This document shows, piece after piece, positions 41,200-53,370 of a stretch of 64,000 bases of DNA (within the stretch, counting starts at the first letter, position 1; each line of letters begins with the position of its first letter). Made by a program: the position numbers and the translations under genes. This stretch comes from Paramecium tetraurelia (lineage: Eukaryota). The stretch covers positions 186,001 to 250,000 of the forward strand of contig CT868108.1 of assembly GCA_000165425.1 (NCBI GenBank). The letters run 5' to 3'. The notes beneath the pieces are model-generated. The model saw only the letters and a program-made list of their open reading frames with translations. It was not told the origin of the DNA and searched no databases.

Positions 41200-42186
41200 T
41201 CAACTTAACCATACATGATTTAACACCCATTCAATAGGTTTTCTGTTTATTTTATCAGTTAATAATCCTCTCATCAGATCTTTTACATCCCCTGATAAAT
41301 AGTCCGGAAATTATAAATTGAAGCCTTCTTGAACTTAAAATGGAGTTCTTCCTGTGGTTAATTCAAAGGTAAGTACTCCTAGTGACCATAAATCAATGGA
41401 ATTATCATATTATTATCTATAAACCATTTCAGGGGGAAGATAATCGATAGTACCACATAATGTATCTCTTTCTTTTTTGTCCTATACTGACCAACCAAAA
41501 TCACTAATTTTAATTTAACCATCACACCATAGGATATTTTCAGGTTTTAAATCTCTATGAATAATGGATAATTTCTGCATTTATTAAATAGCGCAAGCAA
41601 CCTATTTGATAATATTTGATGCTGCCGGTTCGGAATATCTTCTATTCTGTTGTTTCATTAATGATTGAAATAGAGTGCCGCCAGTTGCACATTCTAATAC
41701 TAGGCAATAATTGTTTTTTGTTTCAAAAAATTCTACAAACTGTAGAATATTTTGATGCTTCAACATTTATTAAACAGCAACCTCTCTTTGTAATTAATGC
41801 ATCATTTATTTCGTTTTCAGCTTTAGTTTATCTATCATCTTGATTGCATATAATTTTTTCGTTTAATTAAGCAAACATTTATAAACTTTACCGAATTTGC
41901 CTGATCCTATCTATTCCAAGACCTAAAAATATTATAATTTATTTTTAGGAACACTCTCACTAATTTTTATATTATAAATATTTTAATTTGGATTTCGAGT
42001 TATACTAATTTAAGTTTTTACCCTTTGTTGCATTTGTTTATTTGAGTTGGGACTGCTTGCTTTTCTAATTGGTTTATTATTGCAATTGCGAGTAATTTAT
42101 CTAAGTATTTCTGAAAATTGATTTGATGAATTTGAGAAGTATTTACTTGGGCTTTTTGTGGCATTTGCAGAATTTTATCGTTTCAT
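41200..42186 (-). CDS. Aurora-like Ser/Thr kinase
   Basis: IGSGKFGKVY, LQREVAVQQMLKHQNIL, IHRDLKPENIL, ISDFGWSV, RDTLCGTIDYLPPEMV. Confidence 0.9.
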
Positions 42187-42211
42187 TTTATTATTAAAAT
42201 TTTTATTAATA

Positions 42212-43341
42212 ATGTTTTGTTGTTTAGGCAGGAAAAAACGGGACAATAATGAGATGGAAAAAAAGAATTCAAAGAAAGAAATGGTGGAGAGATTCATATT
42301 GTAGAATTGTAAATCTAATGATGAGGTATTAAATCATATAAAAATGAGGATTCTTTTGATGAGTCTGTAGATAAAAGCAATATGATTATAATAGATTACG
42401 ATAATAATTAGTATGAAAAGAAACCATGGTCAGGGATTCAATGGCAAATGATTATACAAACCAAGAATTTAAATCAAATTGAATTGTAAAATTTGAGTCA
42501 CTTATTTGAGAGATGAATTAAAAAGAAATGTAAGATTTGGAATTCTAAGTAATTTAAGACCAGCGACTTGGTTTTGGATGACTGATATAAAAAATACCTA
42601 AATGAAAAAACATACATCAAATATTTATTAAAAATTGAAGTCTTGCGAGTCTCAATATGATTCACAAATTTTTAAATGTATCAAACAATTAGATAAAAAA
42701 GTATATTTCATATAAATTTAAGTACAATGATTTAGTTTTTGATATTTTAAGAGCCTATGCAAACTATGATATTGAAATTGGATTTAGTAAAGGAATTGAT
42801 TAAATTGTTGAATATTTAGTGTAATAATTGGATCCAGAATAATATATTAATCTGGATTACTCTTTCAATTAATTAAATAGAATGTGTGACTTTTATGAAC
42901 AGATGGTATTTTGGATGACTATTCATATACTATTCCATTTAAATTACAGAAGGATTTTAAAATAAAATATTAGTTTTATAGAAACAGAAAAATTTTAAAA
43001 CACCCTTATGCCTTCCATCAAATGTTTAATTGAATAGCTCAACGTTAAAATAAGTGAGTTAATTGAAGTTCCATTATTATTTTTTTTTTAGAAGCAATTA
43101 AAAAAAGATGACTTTACTAAATTATTCGATGTTTTCCTTTTTGAAGGAGAATGTAAGTCTATTATTTAATATAGCAATTCTACTGTAAATTTTATTGAAA
43201 TTCTTTAAAATATCAGAAGACTTGGTCTGTTAATTTTAAGCAGAAGCAGATCTAAAAATATTCTTGAATTAAACTTTAATTCCCTATGGAATATCTAAGA
43301 TAGAAAAGACAAATTAAAAATTAATGTATTTTCTATTATGA
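42212..43341 (+). CDS. Degenerate TBC (RabGAP-fold) domain protein
   Basis: GILSNLRPATWFW, ILRAYANYDIEIGFSKGI, LFDVFLFEG; N-terminal MFCCL; several introns. Confidence 0.7.
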
Positions 43342-43373
43342 ATAATGAAATTTGGTTATCTTAAATTAATAAT

Positions 43374-44657
43374 TCACTTAAACGCTCCAATTCCTGTGAT
43401 TTCTCTACCAGCAACTAAACTATTGATATCATAAGTTCCCTAAAATAGAATATTAAATTCACTTCATATGTATATAGAACTTCAGCATCAGTTAACGCTT
43501 TAATCACATAATTATCTGATATGATGCCATCACCTCCAAGCATTTCTCTTCCAAGTCTTGCTACTTCTCTTGTTTTATCTGTTACCCAAGCCTTAACACT
43601 TGAGATCATCCCAATAGTAGCTTTACCTTCTGCAGCCAATCTTGATAATCTTAAAACCATTAAAAATGATGCTTAAAATGTGGATAGTATTCTCACTAAT
43701 CTCTCCTATTATAATTAAAATGATGCTAGATATTTTCCAAATTGTTTTCTTGAGGTAGTCCATTTTAATGAATGTTCATAAACACCTCTCATAACTCCTA
43801 AGGCTATCCAAGGCACAATAACTCTTGAATGCATAAGTACTTAATTAGGTCCATTTTAAAAATCAGTTACAGATTCTAATTTATTTTCATCTGGGATAAA
43901 TATATTTGTAAATGTGATTTAGCAATTTTAAACTATTCTTAATGCTAATTTGCCTTGGATTACTTCTGCATGATATCCAGGCCATTTTGTTTCAACAATG
44001 AATCCTTCCACTTTGTTTGTATCTAGATTTCTAGCCCAAACTATCAATACATCCTTATTTCCGTTTCCAATCCATCTTTTATCTCCATTTAAAATATAGC
44101 CTCCTTAAACCTTTTTAACATTTGCAGTTAGACTTGAAGCATCGGATCCATATCCTCTTTCTGTCAATCCCCATCCACCGATATACTCAACATCTCTAGT
44201 TTTTGTTAAATACTTTTGCTTTTAAGTTGCGTTGCCGAACTTCTCTAATGTATAGTTTAATAGCAAATTTCTAATATTAAATTCCTTCTTACTAAACTGC
44301 AATAAATGTAGCAAAACCTGCATCTGCTCTTGCTGCTTCCATCAAAATTACTCCTTATTTAGTGTATGAAGTCCCATGACCATATGGCTTATTTAAAAAA
44401 TGATGGAATAATTTTAATGGTTTGACAGCATTAACTATTTCTGTGGGGAATTAGGCAGCTTCTACATAATCATTTATTTTAGGAGCAACCTATATTAGTA
44501 TCATAATGCTAACCTCTTTCTAGACAAATGCTTCAACCGCCTTTCGCACTTCCAATTCTTCAGGAGTCAATAAATCGTACAATGATAAATATTCCATTGG
44601 GTCAATTTAAGCTATCTTTTCTTTAACTTAGCCTGCCAATAAATTTAATCTTATCAT
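43374..44657 (-). CDS. Acyl-CoA dehydrogenase superfamily flavoenzyme (plant ACX4 / glutaryl-CoA dehydrogenase-like)
   Basis: GWGLTERGYGSDASSL, LNGDKRWIGN, KLALRIVQN, RKQFG, GREMLGGDGI, YTYEGTYDINSLVAGREITG; three introns. Confidence 0.92.
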
Positions 44658-44899
44658 TAATATTAATATCTAAAACATAATTTTACATGTTTCAAGATCT
44701 GCAGAAATATGTCGTCATATTTAATATTAATACCAACTTTCTTTTAAATATATAATTTATTAAACAACATAGAATTTATTGACTGTATTATTATTCTTAA
44801 TCGTGTAAGTTTACTAAAATAAATCGTATGTATAAATATGTATAATTCCTACTTCTTATTAACTAATTATTTGATAATTATTTATATAACTCAAATATT

Positions 44900-46650
44900 T
44901 AAAATATTATCCTAATGACTCAAATAGCGATTAAGCCTTTATAATAGCGGAATTTCTATTTGAAAAGATCATAAATATGCCAGATAAAGAATACAGAATT
45001 AAATGCATCTAATAATCTCCGGAATTTGTATAATTTATATAGTTAATTAAATCTTTTTGTTATAAAGATGGATTTGCTATAAGGCAGATTTTAGAATGAG
45101 AATTCAGATGGAGATAGCTTAAGATAATCTTGGACTACTGAAGATAGTCTAAGTAGAACCTCAAGCTATGATGCAGCTGAAGAAGTCAATGATCTTGAGG
45201 AAAGAATCTGTCAATACCTAAACGATCTAAATATTCAATCATTTACAAATCCTACTCTCAAATAGGAAATGTATAACCTCTCATTGAAACAATTACTAGT
45301 AATATATGTTAAATATCTTTAGTTTTCAAAAATGATCTCATTATCTAACACAAACAGCAGTAGTCTTATGAAGAAGCGTTCACTACACTTCGCTGACTGA
45401 ATATTGCCATTTTTCCAATACTAATCACTTTATTCCCATCTCAACATATTATTTCAAGCTTAATACTCATTTATATTTTGGTACACCTGGATATTAAGCT
45501 CATTAAATTAAAATTTTCATTCCCTATCTTCATAATTATTTAAATTAATATCAGAGTTTCTCATCAGTCTATAAATCCTAATTAAAAATGTTAAATCCTT
45601 TATTTTTTTGAGTCATTTTTTCGCTTCATTCGATAACACAGATGACGAAATTCTAAAAAATACTATAATCGCAAATTAATATGCTAAATTTATTAAAATC
45701 TCACTTCAACCCTATTAAATGACTCCCAAATAACATATTTCTAAAAAAGCATCTCTTAAAGCAATTATTTATTCCAAAGTAAGAATTTTTAAATTTTAAG
45801 TTTAAAAAGAAGTTATAGGATGAATTTTTACTATATTCTTTCAATGAAATACAAAATATGAGTTTATAAAAAGATCAACATTACTTTATTTATTCAACTA
45901 AAATTATTTTATGCTAACAAAAAATAGATTTCTTTTAGAGCATACCTTTTGATTAAGCGTTCAAACACTTAATTTTATTCATTTACTTGGAAATTATTGA
46001 AAATCCTATTCATCAGTAAATAGATTAAAAAGGACTCGATAATGGTAACAACCTGAAGAATGTTTTAAAATAGAAAAATTACAGATTATAATTTAATATA
46101 TTTTCAAGTATGAAATTAGTAAAAGTGGTTTAGTTTTAATATCTTTTGAGCAAATATCGCTATTTTCTTGAATATTAATCTAAAAATTTGGCCATCCTAA
46201 ATCATTAAAGCCTTTTACTTCTAAATAAATTAAACAATTCATTAATTACTAGTTGAAAGTCTTCTGATAACACCTGATTATGAGAAACAATTGTTGTTTT
46301 CAAGAATTAAGTCATATCATTGATATTGAATGCTTAGTAGTACTCAATTATCAAATTTCAAACTCCAAAAGTAAGAATTTTTATAGCATTTTTACAAATT
46401 TAGATTGAAAATCTGATATGATCAACATGTTTAATATATTAAAGAGAGGATCAGATTTGAATTTATTATGATAGGCAGCATCCTATTAAATAATTTATAA
46501 TTGATCACAGTAATCAAAACTTTGATTGTTTGATTGAAGTTATTTAAGAATAAAAAATTAACTTAAAGAAGAGGAAGAATACCTTAAAACAGCAAATTTC
46601 CTTAATAGTTTGGATTAAAACATGGTAATAAAATTTATTTTGATGATTAG
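44900..46650 (+). pseudogene. Probable decayed gene, product unknown
   Basis: Protein-like blocks (IAEFLFEKIINMPDKEYRI; SYDAAEEVNDLEERICQYL) in shifting frames with in-frame TGA. Boundaries approximate. Confidence 0.35.
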
Positions 46651-46652
46651 TA

Positions 46653-47099
46653 TCATTCTCCCCATGGACCTATTTTAGTCTCTCGCATTGAAAGATTAAT
46701 TGTATTTTAAGAGTTTGATTATCTTCTTGATTATTATACGGAATATGATTTCTTCTCTCTGCATGAGATAATTTATTAATTAATTGGTTTTACAGCTGGC
46801 AACGACCTTCTAATTATTATACTTTTATATATTGTTGACTGATTTAAATTTCCTTTATTGAGTTATCTTTGTGATTGTTATTATAATATTAGATTTAATA
46901 ATTATAATTATTTTTCGCTAGCAATTGTAGATTAATTTTTATTGATTAGTTCTTTTGAGATGGAGTATTGATTTTTGTTACTTTCAAAAAGTTTGCATAG
47001 AGGTTTGCTAATTGTTTCTGGGTATATAACATTTTAAAAATGAATCTGAGGTTTTTATCTATGAATTTAAAATTTTTTTGCCTTTTTTGGGTGTAGCAT
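46653..47099 (-). CDS. Small hypothetical basic protein (148 aa)
   Basis: Uninterrupted code-6 ORF MLHPKKAKKF...ETKIGPWGE-TGA; 447 nt. Confidence 0.65.
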
Positions 47100-48058
47100 A
47101 ATCTAAGGAAAAAATAATAATATTATTTAATATATAAATTATTATTAAAGAATGATAAGGTATACTGCAAGATATAATTTAACAAACCAAATGCAAAATA
47201 CAGGATTCAATGTTATACACGTAAATATATATTTTTATTTAGATAATAAGTGTTGGAAATTTTATAATTATTATTTATCTAATTAACTTAATCTTTTCAA
47301 AGTGTCATAAGATAATTAATAAAGATTAACTTCTTGCTCAAAAATTAATGAGGTTTAAACAAATTTAAATTATAATAAGTAATAATCAAAATCCATTTTC
47401 ATTTATTATAACTATTCGTCGAATCCCTCTAGCAATATTTATTGAGAGTCAAAATATTACTTTACCAATATTTCTTATTCCAATTGTTCTGCATATATCC
47501 ATTCTGTTTTAATTTTTACAATCATCTTGTAAAGTTGAAAAATTACAACTTGATGTATTTACTTTTTAAGACTGTTCTTAGTTATAGTGATTGGAGATTG
47601 AAAAGTAAGATAAAAACCAAATTTAATTAATTTTATCATCACGATAATGTTGTTGAATGATAATGTCTTAATTTTTCAAAAGTTTAATAAGTAAAATAAA
47701 TAAAATCTATCTATTAAGTATAATTAATATCTGACTTTAATTTTTCATTAATAAAATAGTTGTTTTGCTAAAGTTAGAATAAGTATTAAAGGTAATAATT
47801 ATTAAATATATTTTAATATAATAAAGAAAAATTGACTGATTGCTGAGATTACAGTACCAAAAATTATATAATTAACATATTTCAAAAACGATTTGTTTTC
47901 CTTAAAAAGCTTTCCAAAAATGCAAGTAAATAAAAATAATTTAACCCATCGTCCACTCAACATCCCTATATAATTCTCATTTCAAATATTTAAATTTATT
48001 ATGCATTATTAATATAAAATACTTTAAACAAAGTAGAGTTTGACTTACAAGTAATTTT

Positions 48059-51000
48059 ATGAAAAAATTCTGTGGTTATTTGTTTAAAGTTCAGAACATG
48101 AAAAAAAATTCAAAGACAAAAGCATTTTGTTTGGTTGGTATTGGATTGCTACAAATTTACTGTGGTGTTTTTACTTTGTAAAATTTGAGGTTATTTTAAG
48201 AGAAATGGAATATAGGGAATAAGTAGTTTAGAATTAAAGATAAGGTAAAGTGGATGAATATTTATAAATACCCACTTACTTAGATGTTGAGAGATTGTGC
48301 AAAGAGAGTACTATCATATTAACAATAATATTATTTATTGGATTTTGCTTTCCATTTGCGTGCTTTATTTTGGGAGTGATAAGCGGCAAGAAAGAGAAAA
48401 ATGAGAAAAATCAATCAATTTGTTTGAAAGTAAAAATAATGTTTGCATTTAGCTTTATACTTTATTTATCGATATATATTACTGGTGCTTATTCTAACCA
48501 TTTATTTAAGCTTAACTTGAAGTTTTGCTTCTTAATAATTAAATTTTGAATTGGAATGAAATGTTAGAGGAACATTATACGAATGTTGCTTTGTTATTTG
48601 CAATATCTATAATTGGGTTGTTCATAAATGTAATAATGATACTATCAATATTGCTTTTATTTTATCAAAATTTCCAGTTTAGAATAGATTTATTAAGTTG
48701 CAGTAATAGGTAGATAATGATAAATGTTTGTATATTAAAAATAACAATAGCTATATTAAACAGCATTCATATTAAGTCTATTAATCATTATGTAATGTAA
48801 ATTAGATATATTAGGTATCATATTTGATTATTTTGATATTGTTTGTTTTAAAAAATATTGGAAAACTAATTTTTTGGGAATGAGAAGCCATCATTTTATT
48901 ATTATCGGTTAAATTAATTTTATGAGCATCTTATGTTTAGTTTATTAGGTATTCTGTTAACATTCCTGATAGAACTATTAGTTTTACATTTGAATCATGA
49001 GGTTAATGATTTTTTATGCATAATCATAATATTTGTATTTTTGAATACTTTGGGCAACATGTTTTAAAATAAAATAGTAATGTTTTATTTAATGTAAGAG
49101 AGAATATCAAGTTCATTGATATTAAATAAAATTTATTATTTATACTAATTAAATGCTTCATCATCAGGAGATAAGAAATATATAATTATTGGATTGATTG
49201 AGAAACATCTTCAAAAAGGATGCAATTCAAAATTGGAAAGGAAATAATAAAATTTTGATTAATAAAATGATCCTTTATTTGATAACAATTCAATAGGATA
49301 TTGTTTTTGCTAATAGCATTAATTTTATGATGCTAGAAGAGGAGTATTTGTAAATAGTTAAAAATCAAAAGTATAATAACATTATAAATCATTCTTTCGA
49401 TTTGAAATTAAATCTTTGTATGAACATTGTTTAATTTAGAACAAAGATAATCACTAGATGAGATTATTATATGCTAGACATTTATTTTTTTCAATTTAAA
49501 ATAAATCATAGGCTTTATTGTAGATGTCTATTTTAAAGTAAAAGTTCAACAAATTATCATTTTTTGAGAAATTAGATTTTCATTTGATGCTAATGATGAT
49601 GGAAAATAAAATTATGATTTAGAATACAAATAGTTATCGTAATTATCTAGATTTTGAATATGTGATTGAAGTAGAGATGATTATAAAGAAAATAAAAATA
49701 AAGATAGTTGATTTAATTTAAAACTATTTGAAATATTGGAATATAGTGAATTTAGAAAAGGTAGAGGAATCCGATTTGCTTAAATTAGATAATAAAATAT
49801 AGATTGGAATAAATGAATGCGAAAAGCTATGGTCCAAAATTAATCATTATAATAAAGAATTTGATGTCTAATAAAATGAAATAAAATATCTAAGTAAAAA
49901 ACCATAATGGGAATTGTTATATTTATGGTATAAGAGATACATTCTAAATTAAAAAATGAAAGGTTAAATCTTTGATTATCATCCAACAAGCAATTTTTAA
50001 TAGAATTATTGTGATGAAGATTCAGATTCTGATTATGAAAATCATTTTTTATAGGCTTTTGATCCTAAAAAGGTTTTCCATTAGATGACATCCATTATCT
50101 TTGCAAAAGAAAACGGAAATGTTGTTAAATTTAATGAATATTCAAAATAGATTTTTGGTATACAAGGATTAATTAACATAAATTAAATTATTCCTAATTC
50201 TATGATTCGAAATCATATGTTAAGAGTGAAAGAATTTGTTGAGAAAGGAAAGACAAGTTCTTTATATTCAAGAAAAAAAGTACTAATCCAACATCATAAT
50301 TCATATCTTATCCCTGCAAATAAATACTTAAAAATATCCATTAACTAGTTCATGTTATTAGAATTTATTGTTATGATTAGACCTATTTAACACGAATCAT
50401 CAGGCAATTATTTAGTTATTAATGAGGATTGGGAAATAGTTTAAGCAACCAAATAATTAAAGAATATGTTTGAATAATAATTCAATCTTTTATTAAGTTG
50501 TCCTAAACTATTACTATATTCTTAATTTCAGAATCTCCTGGAAAAAGATGATTATTTGTTATTTCAAATTGAAAACAATAAAAATTATGGTTTTTCCAAA
50601 TAGCAAACTACTCAGAGTGATTTATAAAGTATCATTTTTGATATCATTAGGATAAAAAAGTATGCTAAATGATAATGTATTTGATGAAGTAGATTAGGAT
50701 AAATAATTTACTGAACAATTCATAAAAGAACATGAAGACGATTTGGATGAACGATAACGATTATTGAATTCGAATCTTCAAAATCAAAATGAGCAATATT
50801 TTTAAATTTTGATTAGAATTCCTATGTTATATTAACGAATGCAAGCGGAATACTTTAATCTAATAATTAATGCTGAGAAAGAGAATTTTTATGATTATCC
50901 AGAAGATTCAATTATGAAAAAACAGAGCATTATTATTAGAAATGGAAGAAAAAAAATTGCTTTTAATTTTAAAATTTTAGTTGAGAAAATCAACTTTTTA

Positions 51001-53323
51001 AAAAAATTACGATTAGTTTCTTAATTAGAAGTTTATAGTATATATTCTTAATTATTAAGGATATCTTTATAGGAAATATTTTTGTAAAGCTGACCAATTA
51101 AAAAGAGTAATTAGAATAGATGCAAAAATTAAAGTTGAAAAAAATTAATTAATTGATAAAATCTAAATAATAAAAATCAATAGATTTGAGACTTTCAATA
51201 ATATTAAATCTAAAAGATAATCAATGTTACTTAAAGGAGACGTCAATAGAAAAACTCTTAGAATCAAATTAGAACCATAATAATAATAATTCTAAAAATA
51301 AATTTCATAACAATTTGCAAATTTGCCATCTCTAAAGGATATTAAAATTCCTTCAAATGAAAATGTATTAAATAATTCATGCAGAGGTTTAATAAATGAA
51401 AGTCAGATGAAAAATGATTTTAATGATTCAATAGCCTAAGAAATTTCAATAAAACCTGATTATAATATTTTTATAAAGGAAGATCATAACAAAATCAAAA
51501 AGCATCTAAACAAAATTAATTATTTTAAATGGACAAATAGATATTTCATGGTTGGGATGATATTTCTTACTATGTTATCGTTTTCTTATGGACCTAATGT
51601 AAGTTACACTGATTTATTCCTTTTAAGAGTATTTTTGTATAATTATTATTAGGCAAATTCAAGTTACACTTCGGTTCTTGTAGCTTAAGACGTTTCAGTC
51701 ATTTATAATCAGTTAATTGATATGGCACTTTGTAATAAAAATGCCACATTATGCTCTAATATAATTTAATATACAAACATATATGATTAATAAGAACTAT
51801 TGGATTAGAAAGTCTTATTAGATTTGCTGAATGTTAATAAAAGTTTCAATTAATTTTATAGAGATAAATATAATATATAAACTATCTACTCTACTATTAT
51901 AATTAAGCATGATAATGAAATCCATTAATAGAATTTATTAGAAGATATAAAAAATTTTTAAGTGTTATTAGAATAGTTACTGATTTCAAACTTATCATAA
52001 ATAACTTTTGAATTTGAATATTATGAGATTTTACAAGAAGATTTGATGCCAGGATTGTTTGAAAGCTTGAGTTAGATTCAAATTGATCTACTTGATGAAA
52101 TATACTAAGAATTTGATTTTAGATCTGTATTTTTTTTAGTTGATATGATATCTGGCTTTATGTTTTTAGGGACATTGATGGCGATTAATTTTTTTAATGT
52201 GTTTAAAATAATTGAATATTATCAAATTATGTATAGTCAAATATAGTATTTTGATTAGCCTACAATTGAGAATGTAATAAAATATTATAAAAAACTAAGA
52301 CAATATTTTAATTACTTTAATGATATTCACACATATCAAACCAATAGTATAAAAATTCATTAATTATTAATTGTAGATTATATTTCATTTTAATCAGAAG
52401 GGTTTATAAAGGCTGAAGCAGATTATAAAATGACAATGGCTTTAAAAACCACTAAATTTATTGTCTCAGATTATTGGTTTAAATTAAAGTTAAGATTGAT
52501 GCTATTATACTTTATACTTATGTTCCTTTTGATTGTGATGGCTCTAACTTACAATATTTTTATGCAAAAGTATGCCTATTAACTGAAAATTGAAATATCT
52601 TAAAACCCTTTTCTATTCGAAAATACTAGTCCCTGGACTTTTACTTTCTCTAAAGAATTATACATTGAATCCTTTTATGATATTCATAAAATAATATCGA
52701 ATGAATATCAAGAATACTTAGAATAGTTCGTTGTAGATGCTTTGGATACAAATTCTAATAGACTAGAATCAAAATAATCATTAATTGACGATTACTATTA
52801 CTCAGATATTTGCAACTTACTTAATTTTTAGAATTAAACTGAATGTTAGAACATTGCGGATGGAATATTAAAAAGAGGATTGCAACAAACCTATTATTAA
52901 ATGGCTACTCTGTTTGAGAGTCAACTTGATGAAAGCAAAACGAAGTTCACAGAAATATCTTTTGATTCAATCTATAATTTGAATTTAGTATTTATAAATA
53001 ATTAATTATTAGTTATAACCTTATATATTTGCCAGTCGGAAAGAGATGTGGACGATATGGATAAATAAGTTTTAAGAGATTTTTTCTTACTATGTAATCA
53101 CAGAAACACAACTAATGTAAATATTGAATATTTAAATAGAATTTGTTTCTACATTTTTTCCTTTTTGATATATTTGGTTACTTTGGAACTGTACTATGAA
53201 TAACAATTGAGGATTGATTATTAAAAAGTAAGAGGTTATTATAAAAGATATTTCCCTAATAATATTTTAAATGAATAAAAAAGAATAAAAGCAATTCTTA
53301 AGAAATTATCTCTAATTGGATGA
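48059..53323 (+). CDS. Large multipass membrane protein with PAS-like domain (TmcB-like family)
   Basis: N-terminal TM bundle, PAS-like INQIIPNSMIRNHMLRVKEFVEKG..., further TM segments and C-terminal DICNLL...ECQNIADGILKRGL; several small introns. Confidence 0.75.
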
Positions 53324-53370
53324 CTATACGATTGTGTGATAATATTAATTTAGATATATATATTATTAAA

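Noticed and set aside
42486..42510. Apparent frameshift in the TBC-like gene (similar cases at 48178-48200 and 48485-48510)
   Set aside because: Resolved by ordinary 23-26-nt GT..AG introns.
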